This document shows, piece by piece, positions 1 to 10,859 of a DNA stretch of 64,000 nt. This DNA is from Acidobacteriota bacterium. Its GTDB lineage: Bacteria; Aquificota; Aquificia; Aquificales; Aquificaceae. The position numbers and the translations under genes were made by a program. The notes beneath the pieces were generated by a model. That model had not been told where the DNA came from and searched no databases. It saw only the letters and a program-made list of their open reading frames with translations. Position 1 is the first letter of the stretch. Every line of letters begins with the position of its first letter. The DNA is taken from the NCBI GenBank assembly GCA_003696155.1, contig RFFP01000003.1, forward strand, positions 10,645 through 74,644, written 5' to 3'.

Positions 1-384
<384 letters not shown>

Positions 385-972
385 TTATACCACCGCCTGC
401 CTTTGAACTATATGGAGAAAGTTCTCAAGGAGTTTCATACCTTCTTCGGACAGGACAGACTCGGGATGAAACTGGACTCCAAAGAGGGGATACTCCACGT
501 GCTGAATACCCATTATCTCCCCATCCTCCGACCATGCGGTCACCTTTAAAAATTCTGGAAGTGTGCTCCTGTCTATGACAAGTGAATGGTACCTCACTGC
601 GTTAAAGGGGTTTTTAAGCCCTCTGAAGATCCCCTCATCTGTGTGACATATTTGGGATGTTTTTCCGTGCATGAGCCTTTTTGCTCTTACTATGCTTGCT
701 CCAAAGGCGTAGCCTATGGCTTGGTGTCCCAGGCATACACCCAGTATGGGTATATCTTTGTAGAATTCCTTTATTACCTCTACGGTTATGCCTGCTTCCT
801 TTGGTGTGCATGGACCGGGCGAAAGGAGTATGGCATCGGGTTTTGCTCTTCTTATGTCCTCTAAGCTCACCTCATCGTTTCTTCTTACCGCAGTTTGTGC
901 AGACAGCATCTCAAGGTAATGAACGAGGTTATAGGTAAAAGAATCGTAGTTATCTATTACAAGCACACGCAT
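385..972 (-). CDS. trpG: anthranilate / aminodeoxychorismate synthase component II (class I glutamine amidotransferase)
   Basis: 195 aa. MRVLVIDNYDSFTYNLV N-terminus, nucleophile elbow GVCLGHQ, and FGVQFHPES near the C-terminus. Confidence 0.9.
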   Translation of the reverse strand: MRVLVIDNYDSFTYNLVHYLEMLSAQTAVRRNDEVSLEDIRRAKPDAILLSPGPCTPKEAGITVEVIKEFYKDIPILGVCLGHQAIGYAFGASIVRAKRLMHGKTSQICHTDEGIFRGLKNPFNAVRYHSLVIDRSTLPEFLKVTAWSEDGEIMGIQHVEYPLFGVQFHPESVLSEEGMKLLENFLHIVQRQAVV

Positions 973-996
973 GGGGTTAAAATATAACTATAGGAA

Positions 997-1962
997 ATGT
1001 ACAGGTCAATATTTCTTGGCATACTCTTTACCTTCATTATAGTCGTAGGCTCAACGTTGTATATATTCAAAAAGACCTTTAGCAAAGAGTTTATAGGAAT
1101 GCTCTTTTTGCTCGATAGAAAGTATCTACTTCTTTCTCTGTTATCTATGTTTTTATACCATACCTTTGATAATCTTAGGCTCTTTGTCCTTTCTAGGGCT
1201 ATGAACTTAAGGTATCCCTTTTTTTATGGGTACCTAATATCCCTCATAAACACCTTTGGAGCCACTATAACGCCAGCCCATATAGGTGGAGAGTTTATGT
1301 CCTTCTATACCCTCTCTAGGAAGGGGGGAAAACTCCATAAGGTAATGAGTATAGTTACCATGAAAACAATCACGGGTACCGCTTTCTTTCTTTTAGCCCT
1401 TCCTCTTATGCTTTACCAGCTATACAAAAACCCACAGCAGATAATGGAAATAGTCTATGTAGTCCTTTTTTTCTTGGTGGCTATGGTTGTAATCTACTGG
1501 TTTTTTAGGTTCTTCTTAAACCGAAAACCCAAGGAGGGTAAGCTGAGCCAGAGGATAAGGTACACCCTTAGGAGGTATGCGGTGATACTTAGGATGTTTT
1601 ACAGGTATAAAAAGGTCAGCATAGCGCAGGCGTGTTTTTTTAGTGTGCTTCTTTACCTCTCCTTTTTAGCCTCTGGAGCCTTCCTTGCCAAAAGTTTGGA
1701 CGAGGGCCTAAGTTTTTACGGAGTTATGGAGAGTCAGCTTGCCCTACTCTACGCCATATTTATAAGCCCAACCCCGGGTGGAAGTGGGGTGGGTGAGATA
1801 GGAGCTCTTTACGCCTTTGAGCCTTTTATAGAAGCTTCACTGATTGGGGGCTTTTCCCTTGTTTGGAGGTTTATAACTCAGTATATGAGTGCCTTCATAG
1901 GTGGTTTGGTTCTTGCATTGCTTATTTTCAAAGATGCCAGAAAGTATGGCAAGCCCTTATGA
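997..1962 (+). CDS. polytopic membrane protein, UPF0104 / lysyl-PG-synthase-TM (flippase-like) family
   Basis: 321 aa with about 8 hydrophobic segments. Contains SPTPGGSGVGE, which I recall as the signature of this family. Confidence 0.6.
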   Translation: MYRSIFLGILFTFIIVVGSTLYIFKKTFSKEFIGMLFLLDRKYLLLSLLSMFLYHTFDNLRLFVLSRAMNLRYPFFYGYLISLINTFGATITPAHIGGEFMSFYTLSRKGGKLHKVMSIVTMKTITGTAFFLLALPLMLYQLYKNPQQIMEIVYVVLFFLVAMVVIYWFFRFFLNRKPKEGKLSQRIRYTLRRYAVILRMFYRYKKVSIAQACFFSVLLYLSFLASGAFLAKSLDEGLSFYGVMESQLALLYAIFISPTPGGSGVGEIGALYAFEPFIEASLIGGFSLVWRFITQYMSAFIGGLVLALLIFKDARKYGKPL

Positions 1963-2896
1963 ACTAATAAACCCCTACTTCTGGGCAGTTAGTTTGAGAA
2001 ACAGGCTTTACGATAAGGGTGTTATTCAGACCTGCAGACCGCATGTACCCGTAATAAGTGTGGGCAACCTATCAGTGGGTGGCAGTGGCAAAAGCTCCCT
2101 CGTGAGGTTTATTGCACAGAATCTCCTTACGGAGCTAAAGCCCTGCATACTCTCCAGAGGCTATAAGAGGAGGACGAGGGGCACCCTTCTGGTATCGGAA
2201 AGAGGAGAGCTATACGCAAGCTGGGAGGAGGCTGGAGATGAACCCTACATGCTTGCCAAGCTCTTGAAAGAAGCAAGCGTTGTGGTGGACGAGGACCGTT
2301 GCAGGGGGGCCCTTTTCTGCCTTGAGAGGTTAAAACCAGACCTCATAATTCTGGACGATGGCTTTCAGCACAGGAGAATAGAAAGAGACATAGATATAGT
2401 ACTTTTGAAGGCCAAAGACCTTAGGGACAGGCTCTTGCCCTTTGGGAGGTTGAGGGAACCCTTGAGTTCCTTAGAGAGGGCAGATATCATAGTACTCTCT
2501 TACGCAGAGCAGGAAAACACAGACTGGAAACATCTTACAAAACCTACCTTCCGCATGTTTAGAAAAAACTGGAGGTTTGTAAACACACTAACGGGGCAAG
2601 TTTTAGAAAATCTGGAGGGTAGCTTTATAGCCTTTTCAGGTCTTGGGGATAATAGACAGTTCTTCCACACACTTAAAAACTTAGGGGTAACCCTAAAGGA
2701 GACTATAGGCTTCCCCGATCACTATCACTACAGAGGCTTTAGACTCAGGGATGGGGAGCTATATATAACCACGCTCAAAGATGCGGTAAAGCTTCCGCCG
2801 GTGGAAAACCTTTACTACTTAGACTTTGAAGTGGAGCTAGAGGGCTTGATTGAGTATTTATCAAAGTTTATAATTAATAGGCTGAAGGGTCGGTAG
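1934..2896 (+). CDS. lpxK: tetraacyldisaccharide 4'-kinase
   Basis: P-loop VGNLSVGGSGKS, DDGFQH motif and matching overall length. The ORF opens at 1901. ATG codons at 1934 and 1946 reduce the overlap with the upstream gene (ends 1962). The exact start is uncertain. Confidence 0.85.
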   Translation: MPESMASPYELINPYFWAVSLRNRLYDKGVIQTCRPHVPVISVGNLSVGGSGKSSLVRFIAQNLLTELKPCILSRGYKRRTRGTLLVSERGELYASWEEAGDEPYMLAKLLKEASVVVDEDRCRGALFCLERLKPDLIILDDGFQHRRIERDIDIVLLKAKDLRDRLLPFGRLREPLSSLERADIIVLSYAEQENTDWKHLTKPTFRMFRKNWRFVNTLTGQVLENLEGSFIAFSGLGDNRQFFHTLKNLGVTLKETIGFPDHYHYRGFRLRDGELYITTLKDAVKLPPVENLYYLDFEVELEGLIEYLSKFIINRLKGR

Positions 2897-2959
2897 CTCA
2901 GCAGGCAGAGCAACGGACTCTTAATCCGTGGGTCGCGGGTTCGACTCCCGCCCGACCCA
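2887..2959 (+). tRNA. tRNA-Lys (anticodon CTT), 73 nt, no encoded CCA
   Basis: Hand-folded cloverleaf: acceptor GGGTCGG/CCGACCC, D arm GCTC-AGCAGGCA-GAGC, anticodon arm ACGGA-CTCTTAA-TCCGT, variable GGGTC, T arm GCGGG-TTCGACT-CCCGC, discriminator A. Confidence 0.9.
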
Positions 2960-4837
2960 TCTGAAAACCAAAGCCCCCAAAGGTGGCAAGGTCAGGCTCA
3001 AGGAGTAGGGCCTTCCATGGAATGGAACCCTTTCCGCCTTAACACCACCAAGGTTGCCCAGATTACTACCCCCGTATAGCTCTGAGTCGGTGTTTAATAA
3101 CTCCTTCCAGTAACCATCCTTTGGCACTCCTACCCTGTAGTTAAAGCGTGGAACAGGGGTGAAGTTGCAGACCACAAGGAGGAGCTCCCCGCTAGAGGAC
3201 TTTCTTAAATAGCTTACTATGCTCTGCTCCCAGTCACAGAAGTCTACCCACTCAAAGCCCTCAGGTTCACAGTCAAGCTCATAAAGAGCCCTCTCTTCTC
3301 TGTATAGCCTGTTTAGTTCCATCACAAGCCTCTGAATTCCTCTATGCATAGGGTAGTCCAAAAGGTGCCAGTCTAGGCTCTCGTTGTGGTTCCATTCCCT
3401 CCACTGACCAATCTCGCCACCCATGAAGAGTAGCTTTTTCCCCGGATGGGTCCACATGTAAGCAAGCAGAAGCCTTAGGTTTGCAAACTTCTGCCAGTAG
3501 TCACCGGGCATCTTATCAAGCAGTGACCTCTTTCCATGCACCACCTCGTCGTGGGAAAGGGGAAGGATGAAGTTTTCAGAAAAGGCGTACCATATGCTAA
3601 AAGTTAGCTGGCTATGATGGTACTTTCTGTATATGGGGTCCTTGGACATGTAAAAAAGGGTGTCGTTCATCCATCCCATGTTCCACTTAAAGCCAAAGCC
3701 CAAACCACCAAGGTAAACAGGCCTGCTCACCATGGGAAAGGCTGTGGACTCTTCAGCTATTGTCATGATACCTTCAAAGTCCTTATAGAGGCACTGGTTT
3801 AGCTTCTTTAAAAACTCTATAGCCTCTAAGTTTTCCTTCCCTCCGTAGATGTTTGGCACCCACTCCTTCCTTGAGTAATCAAGGTAGAGCATGGAGGCTA
3901 CCGCATCCACCCTTATGCCATCTATGTGATACCTTTCAAGCCAAAAGTGGGCTGAGCTCAGAAGGAAAGACCTTACCTCCCCCTTGCCATAGTCAAATAT
4001 ATAGCTATTCCAATCAGGATGCCAACCCTTGCGCCAGTCGGAGTATTCATAAAGGTGCGTGCCGTCAAAGTAGCCAAGACCGTGTCCATCTGTAGGGAAG
4101 TGGGAAGGAACCCAATCCAGTATAACGCCTATGCCTTCTCTGTGAAGGTAGTCTATGAGGTACATAAAGTCCTGGGGTGTGCCATAGCGTGAGGTTGGTG
4201 CAAAGTATCCCGTAATCTGATAACCCCAGGAAGGGTAAAAGGGATGTTCCATAACTGGCAAAAACTCCACATGGGTAAAGCCCATATCCTTCACATAATT
4301 GGCAAGCAAGGGAGCTATCTCCTTGTAAGTGAGCCAGCGGTTACCCTCTTCAGGCACCTTTCTCCATGAGCCCAGATGCACTTCGTAGATGCTTATGGGC
4401 TCTCTGTAAGGATTAAAGCTTTTCCTTCTTTCCGTCCACCCTTGGTCTTGCCATTGATAATAAAGGTCCCAAACTACGGACGCTGTAGTGGGTGGTGTTT
4501 CGTGGAAAAATCCAAGGGGGTCAGCCCTGTCCGTCCAGTAGCCCCAATGGGTGTATAGATGGTACTTGTACCTTTGCCCCTTCTTCACACCTTCTACAAA
4601 GCCCTCCCATATGCCTGAGCCGTCCTCCCTTCTTTTCAAGGGTAATGAGTGCTTGTCCCAACTGTTGAAGTCTCCAAAGACAAAAACCTGCTCTGCGTGG
4701 GGAGCCCACACCGCAAAGTATGCTCCATCCTCAAAAAGATGACAGCCAAGCTTTTCATAGAGCCTACAATGGGAGCCCTCCCTGAAGAGAAAAACATCGT
4801 AGTCTGTTATAAGGGAAAAGTCGTAGCTTACCCTCAC
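2921..4837 (-). CDS. glgB: 1,4-alpha-glucan branching enzyme (GH13)
   Basis: 638 aa. GH13 conserved regions are present: [41 protein letters not shown]. The last ~13 codons ([10 protein letters not shown]) are antisense to tRNA-Lys. Confidence 0.92.
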   Translation of the reverse strand: MRVSYDFSLITDYDVFLFREGSHCRLYEKLGCHLFEDGAYFAVWAPHAEQVFVFGDFNSWDKHSLPLKRREDGSGIWEGFVEGVKKGQRYKYHLYTHWGYWTDRADPLGFFHETPPTTASVVWDLYYQWQDQGWTERRKSFNPYREPISIYEVHLGSWRKVPEEGNRWLTYKEIAPLLANYVKDMGFTHVEFLPVMEHPFYPSWGYQITGYFAPTSRYGTPQDFMYLIDYLHREGIGVILDWVPSHFPTDGHGLGYFDGTHLYEYSDWRKGWHPDWNSYIFDYGKGEVRSFLLSSAHFWLERYHIDGIRVDAVASMLYLDYSRKEWVPNIYGGKENLEAIEFLKKLNQCLYKDFEGIMTIAEESTAFPMVSRPVYLGGLGFGFKWNMGWMNDTLFYMSKDPIYRKYHHSQLTFSIWYAFSENFILPLSHDEVVHGKRSLLDKMPGDYWQKFANLRLLLAYMWTHPGKKLLFMGGEIGQWREWNHNESLDWHLLDYPMHRGIQRLVMELNRLYREERALYELDCEPEGFEWVDFCDWEQSIVSYLRKSSSGELLLVVCNFTPVPRFNYRVGVPKDGYWKELLNTDSELYGGSNLGNLGGVKAERVPFHGRPYSLSLTLPPLGALVFRWVGRESNPRPTD

Positions 4838-5322
4838 CTTCTTATCTCAAAGACCTGTGGTATCATAAGGGCGTAACCCTGCATCTGCCAGTGTATTATC
4901 TCCGTTATGGCAGATGGAACAAGTTCCACGAAGGGATAAAAATCCTTTTCCGAAAGACCGTAAACCTGCTCAGCTGCCATCTTGCACACCTTAAATTTTA
5001 CACCGTAAATACTAAGGCTCTCCACCCTTTCTACTATGTCCTTGTAATGTTCCCCGTTTCTCTTTGCAAAGACAGGAACCTCTCTGCCGTGAGACACAAC
5101 CAGTATATTTATGTCATCTGGGCTAAAGTTGTAGGGTGGATTTGTAAGAACAAAGAGCACGTTGGATATCCAGCCCAGGGCTGGTCTTAGCTTCTCAGGA
5201 TGGTCAAGGAAGAGTTCGTATACGACTTTAAAGGGTCTTTTATACTCTGTGTACACAAACCTTGCATGCTCTTGAGCCCAGAGGGAGCTTATTAAAAGAA
5301 GGAAAACAGATAAAGCTTTCAT
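4834..5322 (-). CDS. secreted DsrE/DsrF-like family protein (COG1416-like)
   Basis: 162 aa with a signal-peptide-like N-terminus ([16 protein letters not shown]). Core pattern [10 protein letters not shown]...GVKFKVC...[19 protein letters not shown] resembles DsrE-related proteins. The stop overlaps the glgB start by 4 nt. Confidence 0.55.
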   Translation of the reverse strand: MKALSVFLLLISSLWAQEHARFVYTEYKRPFKVVYELFLDHPEKLRPALGWISNVLFVLTNPPYNFSPDDINILVVSHGREVPVFAKRNGEHYKDIVERVESLSIYGVKFKVCKMAAEQVYGLSEKDFYPFVELVPSAITEIIHWQMQGYALMIPQVFEIRR

Positions 5323-5355
5323 GGCAAACCTCCCTCTATAATATTGTGAACCTTA

Positions 5356-5973
5356 ATGGTTAAAGTCAAGTTCTGCGGCTTTACTAGGAAAGAAGACCTT
5401 AAGAAAGCTCTGGAGCTGGGTGTAGACTATGTGGGTTTCATACTTTATTCCAAAAGCCCAAGGCATGTGGCATATGACAAACTTGAAGAGCTCCTGCCCA
5501 TAGCTGAGGGTGTTAAAAGGGTGGCGGTCTTGGTAAACCCATCCTATGGGGAGGTAAAGAGAGCTCTTGACCTGGGCTTTGACCTTGTTCAGCTTCACGG
5601 TGAGGAAGATATGGACTTTGCTCAGAAAATAGGCTTGGATAGGGTTATAAAGGCCTTCAGGGTGAGGGAAGGGCTACATATAGACGATAAATGGAAGGGG
5701 GCTTACGCCATACTTTTGGATGCCTACAAGGAGGGCGAGTACGGTGGAACGGGTCAGAGCTTTAACTGGGACTTTGCTAAGCATATAGTAAGCAGAGGTT
5801 TTAAGGTGTTCTTGGCAGGTGGACTAAACAGCAAAAACGTGTCGGAGGCTATAAAATACGTTAAGCCCTATTGTGTGGATGTGTCCTCGGGTATTGAAAT
5901 AGGCCCGGGTGTAAAGGATCACAGAAAGATGGAGGAGTTTATAAATGAAGTTAAAAACGCATCTGAAGATTGA
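5356..5973 (+). CDS. trpF: N-(5'-phosphoribosyl)anthranilate isomerase
   Basis: 205 aa. MVKVKFCGFT..., VQLHGEE and VDVSSGIE are typical TrpF motifs. Confidence 0.9.
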   Translation: MVKVKFCGFTRKEDLKKALELGVDYVGFILYSKSPRHVAYDKLEELLPIAEGVKRVAVLVNPSYGEVKRALDLGFDLVQLHGEEDMDFAQKIGLDRVIKAFRVREGLHIDDKWKGAYAILLDAYKEGEYGGTGQSFNWDFAKHIVSRGFKVFLAGGLNSKNVSEAIKYVKPYCVDVSSGIEIGPGVKDHRKMEEFINEVKNASED

Positions 5974-6337
5974 TAAGAGTTTTAGTGGTGAGGTGCTTGA
6001 GCTAGGGGATGGCTACGCCAAGCTTCTGCTTAAGACCGATGAGAGGATGGTCGCCGATGAGATGGGCCTTATACACGGAGGATTTATATTCTCCCTTGCT
6101 GACTTCTGTGCCATGGCAACAGTTAACGAACCTACCGTTGTGCTGGCTCAGGCAAACATGAGGTTCCTAAAGCCAGTTGCTTTGGGAGACGAGCTTGTGG
6201 CTGAGGGGAGGCTCAAGAGCTTGGAAGGTAGGAAGAGGTGGGTTTTAGTAGAGGTCTTTAGGGAGGGGGAGAAGGTGGCGGAAGGGGAGTTCTTGTGCGT
6301 TGTCCCAGACCGCCACGTACTCTCTCAGAAGGCGTAA
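5945..6337 (+). CDS. hotdog-fold acyl-CoA thioesterase (PaaI/YbgC-like)
   Basis: 130 aa. GLIHGGFIFSLADFCAMATV matches the PaaI-type hotdog pattern. Confidence 0.65.
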   Translation: MKLKTHLKIDKSFSGEVLELGDGYAKLLLKTDERMVADEMGLIHGGFIFSLADFCAMATVNEPTVVLAQANMRFLKPVALGDELVAEGRLKSLEGRKRWVLVEVFREGEKVAEGEFLCVVPDRHVLSQKA

Positions 6338-7197
6338 ACGCCCATTTGTCTTGCCAGCTCTTTTAGCCTCCCTATCCTCTTCTCTGTAGAGGGATGTGTG
6401 GAGAAGAGCTCCCATATACCGTGGCCAGAGAGGGGATTCTCTATGAATAGGTGAGCGGTACCCTGGTTTACGTTTGCAGGTATTTGATAAACGTAGTTGT
6501 GTATCTTCTCCAAGGCTCTTGCTAAGGCTAATGGATTGCCCGTAAGCCTTGCACCTGTCTCATCAGCCATGTATTCACGGGACCTGGATATGGCAAGCTG
6601 GATTATGGTTGCTATTATGGGGGTTATTATTATGAGAAGAAGACTGCCCACTATGGAGAGTGGGTTTTGATTCTCACCCTCTTCCCTTGAGCCACCCAGC
6701 AAGAGCATCCACTGAAACATGTTGACAAGGTAAGATATGGCACCAGCTATGGTGGCGGCCATGGTTGCCACAAGAACGTCTCTGTTTTTTATATGTCCTA
6801 TCTCGTGGGCAAGGACACCCTTTAGCTCTTCTTCGTCCAGTAGGTTCAGGATGCCAGCGGTTACAGCGACTGCACCCTTGGATGGACCTCTACCCGTTGC
6901 GAAAGCGTTGGGCTGCTCCATGGGTATCAAGTAGACCTTAGGCTTTGGCATGCCAGCCCTTTGGGCAAGCTCCTCCACCATCCTGTGAAGCCGTGGAGCT
7001 TCCTCGTAATCTATCTCCCTTGCGCCGTACATGGCTAGCACTATCTTATCTGAGAACCAGTAGGCAAGGAAGTTCATTATTCCCGCAAGGACAAGGGCTA
7101 TGGTCATTCCAGCCTTGCCTGCTATAAGATTACCCACAAAGAGGAAAAGGCCGGTCAGTAGACCGAGCAAAAGCACACTCCTAAGCATATAACCCAT
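6325..7197 (-). CDS. htpX: membrane zinc metalloprotease HtpX (M48)
   Basis: 290 aa. HEIGHIKNRD zinc motif, 4 TM segments and HPSTEKRI near the C-terminus. Confidence 0.9.
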   Translation of the reverse strand: MGYMLRSVLLLGLLTGLFLFVGNLIAGKAGMTIALVLAGIMNFLAYWFSDKIVLAMYGAREIDYEEAPRLHRMVEELAQRAGMPKPKVYLIPMEQPNAFATGRGPSKGAVAVTAGILNLLDEEELKGVLAHEIGHIKNRDVLVATMAATIAGAISYLVNMFQWMLLLGGSREEGENQNPLSIVGSLLLIIITPIIATIIQLAISRSREYMADETGARLTGNPLALARALEKIHNYVYQIPANVNQGTAHLFIENPLSGHGIWELFSTHPSTEKRIGRLKELARQMGVYAF

Positions 7198-7258
7198 ATT
7201 TTTACCTCCTTTAGGGTTGAACTTTTGTTTTATGTAAATATATTTAAGTCTGTAAAAA

Positions 7259-8269
7259 GTGTCAATGACTGAAAGAGTTGAAGAGAGGCTTGATTTAGGT
7301 ATCTTTGACGAGAAGTTTTATGCCATAGTAGGGAGAGGGGACGAGAACTTAAAGTATTTCTCCCAGCTTTTTGACGTTAAGGTATCTGCGAGGGGTACGG
7401 AGATCCTCCTCCGAGGAGAAGAGGATAGGGTAAGACTGCTCTCCCAGTTTCTCAAGGAGATTATAAAAGAGCTCAAAACTACTACCCTTACACCCCAGGA
7501 TGTAAGAGAAAGGGCTAAGGACTTTCTCCAAGCTAAAGAGTCCAGCATGCTGGAAAGTAAAGACAACGTTATACTCATAACCCATAGAAAGAAGTCCATA
7601 GTGCCCAAGACCCACACCCAAAACCTATACGTGGATGCCATAAGGAACAACGACATAGTCTTTGGTATCGGTCCTGCGGGAACTGGAAAAACCTACCTTG
7701 CTATGGCCATGGCTCTGGCCCATCTGAAGGCTAACAAGGTAAACAAAATAATCCTAACACGCCCAGCGGTGGAAGCTGGTGAAAAGTTGGGTTTTCTGCC
7801 CGGTGGTATAGCGGAGAAGGTAGACCCCTACCTTAGACCCCTGTATGACGCCCTTTATGACATGGTAGACTACGATAAGGCCGTTTATATGTTGGATAGG
7901 AACGTCATAGAGATAGCACCTCTGGCTTTTATGAGGGGTAGGACTCTGAACGATGCCTTTATAATCCTTGATGAAGCTCAGAACTCCACCAGGGAGCAGA
8001 TGAAGATGTTTCTTACCCGTGTAGGCTTTGGATCAAAGGTAGTTATAACGGGGGATATAACCCAAATAGACCTACCTAGGAGGGAACAGTCCGGTCTGGT
8101 TGAGGCTATAAGGGTCCTTCAGGGTATAGAAGGCATTAGCTTTGTGTGGTTTAAGGAAGAAGACGTAGTAAGGCATCCCATAGTTGCTAAGATAATAAAG
8201 GCCTATGAGGAGTTTGAAAAGGTTGAAGAAAAACAGGATTCTGATAAGGAAGGAAAAAAGGGGGGTTAG
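7259..8269 (+). CDS. phoH: PhoH-like ATPase (YbeZ)
   Basis: 336 aa. Walker A GPAGTGKTYLA, Walker B FIILDEAQN and an N-terminal KH-like region. GTG start. Confidence 0.88.
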   Translation: MSMTERVEERLDLGIFDEKFYAIVGRGDENLKYFSQLFDVKVSARGTEILLRGEEDRVRLLSQFLKEIIKELKTTTLTPQDVRERAKDFLQAKESSMLESKDNVILITHRKKSIVPKTHTQNLYVDAIRNNDIVFGIGPAGTGKTYLAMAMALAHLKANKVNKIILTRPAVEAGEKLGFLPGGIAEKVDPYLRPLYDALYDMVDYDKAVYMLDRNVIEIAPLAFMRGRTLNDAFIILDEAQNSTREQMKMFLTRVGFGSKVVITGDITQIDLPRREQSGLVEAIRVLQGIEGISFVWFKEEDVVRHPIVAKIIKAYEEFEKVEEKQDSDKEGKKGG

Positions 8270-8660
8270 TACGCGGTGGCTTAGGGACATCTCCCTGAGG
8301 TTGATGGAGCTCTTACAGCTACAGAACACTGAAGTGAGCATATACCTTACTGGAGATGAGAATATGAGGAAACTGAACAGAGAATACAGAGGAAAGAATA
8401 AGCCTACGGATGTGCTATCCTTTACCTTTGAGGAGTGTGTAGGAGACTGCATACTCCTCGGTGAAATCGTTATATCTATGGATACTGCCAGGAGGCAGGC
8501 TGAGGAGCTCGGGCATAGCCTAGAGGATGAAGTAAGGAGGCTTTTGGTTCATGGCTTTGTGCATCTTATGGGCTACGATCACGAGCTTGGAGGGGATGAA
8601 GAAAAAAGGTTTAAAGAACTGGAAGAAAAACTCCTATCTGAGCTGTGCCAAACTACGTAG
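8205..8660 (+). CDS. ybeY: endoribonuclease YbeY (16S rRNA maturation)
   Basis: 151 aa. TDVLSF and the zinc motif HGFVHLMGYDH are present. It overlaps the phoH 3' end by 65 nt. No alternative start exists before M34, and the ~150 aa length fits the family. Confidence 0.85.
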   Translation: MRSLKRLKKNRILIRKEKRGVSTRWLRDISLRLMELLQLQNTEVSIYLTGDENMRKLNREYRGKNKPTDVLSFTFEECVGDCILLGEIVISMDTARRQAEELGHSLEDEVRRLLVHGFVHLMGYDHELGGDEEKRFKELEEKLLSELCQTT

Positions 8661-9370
8661 TTCTTCTTTCCTTTGTGGGGACAAACTTCCACGGATGGCA
8701 GTTACAACCCGGCCTTAGAACAGTTCAGGGAGAGTTAAAGGCCGCAATAGAGAAGGTGTTTAGGGAACAGGTAAAGCTTATAGGGTGCTGCAGAACAGAC
8801 GCTGGGGTGCATGCAAGGGAATACGTGGCCAACTTCAAGGCCAGCAGAGAAATGGACTCGCACACTGTCCTAAAGGCCCTTAACTCTCTACTGCCAGCGG
8901 ATATAGGCATAAAAAAGGTTTGGATAGAGGAGGGTTTTAATGCAAGGTATTCAGTTAGGGGGAAAGTGTACACCTATAGGATATTAAACTCTCACCAAAG
9001 GGATGCCTTTCTTGAGCTCTTCTGCTGGCGGGTGGTTTACCCTCTCGACCGAGAGAGGATAAAAAGAGCTTGTTCTCTGTTTATTGGAAGGCACGACTTT
9101 TCCGGTTTTGCCAAGCTTGAGGATGGGGAGAAGAACCCCATAATAGATATAGAAGATGTAAACTTTAAAGAAGAGAGAGAGCTGATAGAGATAAGCATTA
9201 GGGCTCGGAGCTTTCTGAGGTACATGGTCAGAAGAATTGTTGGAAGCCTTGTACAGCTAGGGCTTGGAAAGCTTAGGGATGAGGATATAAGAGATTTCCT
9301 AGATGGTAAGAGGGCTTGCCCCTACACAGCTAAAGCAAAGGGGCTTACCCTTGAAAGAATTATACTTTAA
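8645..9370 (+). CDS. truA: tRNA pseudouridine(38-40) synthase
   Basis: 241 aa. Catalytic-Asp motif GCCRTDAGVHA and the FLRYMVRRIVG motif. Confidence 0.9.
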   Translation: MPNYVVLLSFVGTNFHGWQLQPGLRTVQGELKAAIEKVFREQVKLIGCCRTDAGVHAREYVANFKASREMDSHTVLKALNSLLPADIGIKKVWIEEGFNARYSVRGKVYTYRILNSHQRDAFLELFCWRVVYPLDRERIKRACSLFIGRHDFSGFAKLEDGEKNPIIDIEDVNFKEERELIEISIRARSFLRYMVRRIVGSLVQLGLGKLRDEDIRDFLDGKRACPYTAKAKGLTLERIIL

Positions 9371-9852
9371 GGGCACTTGCTTGCATCATGGGGTGGGTTA
9401 TCCACAATATCCAGAAAGGCTTCGAAGGGTCCCATGTTTTTCATGGCGACACCCTTAGGACCCTCAAATTTTAGCCTACCAAACATCATGGCCTTCATAG
9501 GTCCATACTCCTTCTTACCCATCTCGAGCCATCTCTTGGTCTCTGCGTACATCAAAAAGTCATCCCTACCCCTCTTGTCCCTTGCAGGGCCACCGTAAAC
9601 GCACTGTGCCTTACTTCCATCGTTTTTAATGGTTAGCTGTATCTGTTTTGTATCACCGCAGTCTTCCCTGTATATGAAGATTTTCCTTTCGGGGACGGCC
9701 ACCCAGCTTTCGCTTTTGCCCAACTGCTCTACGAGCTGTGGGGTTTTGTTCCATGCTTCGCATAAGGACTTGGCATACTCGCCGTCCATGAATACGGGTG
9801 TAGACATGGCTATCCCGCTCACAGAAAGCGCAAAAGCAAGGACCTTTTTCAT
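9367..9852 (-). CDS. secreted SCP2 (sterol-carrier-like) domain protein
   Basis: 161 aa with a signal peptide (MKKVLAFALSVSGIAMS). MKAMMFGRLKFEGPKGVAMKNMGPF resembles the SCP2 C-terminal helix region. AGGGAGGT SD upstream. Confidence 0.5.
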   Translation of the reverse strand: MKKVLAFALSVSGIAMSTPVFMDGEYAKSLCEAWNKTPQLVEQLGKSESWVAVPERKIFIYREDCGDTKQIQLTIKNDGSKAQCVYGGPARDKRGRDDFLMYAETKRWLEMGKKEYGPMKAMMFGRLKFEGPKGVAMKNMGPFEAFLDIVDNPPHDASKCP

Positions 9853-9960
9853 ACTACTACCTCCCTTTAGGTTTTACCATATTGAGCATATCACTTGAAA
9901 ATGTCTCTTTCTATTAGACTTTTTTATCTTCCAATAAACAATAAAAATGTAGTTATATAC

Positions 9961-10857
9961 TTATTGGACTATCTCCGTGCCTATGCCCTCCTCCGTAAAG
10001 ACCTCTAAGAGTATGGAATGGGGAACCCTTCCGTCTACTATGTGAACCTTTCTAACCCCAGCCTCTAAGGCTTTTAGAGAACTTCTAACCTTTGGTATCA
10101 TACCACCCCTTATAACACCCTCCCCTATGAGCGTATGAGCTTTTACTTTACTTAGCGTGGGGATGAGCTTTCCATTAGCATCCTTCACACCTTCCGTATC
10201 CGTAAGGAATATGAGCTTTTCTGCTCTAAGAGCCTTGGCTATCTCTGCTGCGGAAACGTCCGCGTTTATGTTGTAGGCTTCCCCCTTTTCACCAACGCCC
10301 ACAGGTGCCACAACGGGTATGTAGCCCTTCTCAAGGAGAGTTTCCAAAAGGTCCGTGTTTACCTCAACTACTTCACCCACAAAGCCTATATCCTCCTCAG
10401 GCACTTCAAGACCAAGGTCTTTAAAGTAAGCCACTTTATCTATCTTTCTTGCCTTAAGAAGCTGTCCATCTCTTCCGGAGAGCCCAACGGCGTAAACCTT
10501 TTGTCCGCTGTATGTGTTGATAAGGGCCACAATATCCTTGTTTATATCTCCGGAGAGCACCATCTCCACTATGTGCATGGTCTGCTCGTCCGTTTTCCTC
10601 ATACCTCCAACGAAGACAGGCTTTATACCAAACCTTTCAAGGGTCTGGCTTATCTGCGGTCCCCCACCGTGGACCACCACAACCCTTATACCCACGTACC
10701 TGAGAAGAACCACATCCCTTGCGAAGCTCTCCCTTAGGGACTCCTCAAGCATGGCGGAGCCGCCATACTTGATGACAAAGGTCTTTTGGTAGAACTCCCT
10801 TATGTAAGGGAGGGCAGACTGAAGAACTCTCGCCTTTTCCACTAGAAGGTCAATCAT
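9961..10857 (-). CDS. argB: acetylglutamate kinase
   Basis: 298 aa. VIKYGGSAM, VVVHGGGPQI and AYNINAD motifs. Confidence 0.92.
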   Translation of the reverse strand: MIDLLVEKARVLQSALPYIREFYQKTFVIKYGGSAMLEESLRESFARDVVLLRYVGIRVVVVHGGGPQISQTLERFGIKPVFVGGMRKTDEQTMHIVEMVLSGDINKDIVALINTYSGQKVYAVGLSGRDGQLLKARKIDKVAYFKDLGLEVPEEDIGFVGEVVEVNTDLLETLLEKGYIPVVAPVGVGEKGEAYNINADVSAAEIAKALRAEKLIFLTDTEGVKDANGKLIPTLSKVKAHTLIGEGVIRGGMIPKVRSSLKALEAGVRKVHIVDGRVPHSILLEVFTEEGIGTEIVQ

Positions 10858-10859
10858 AT

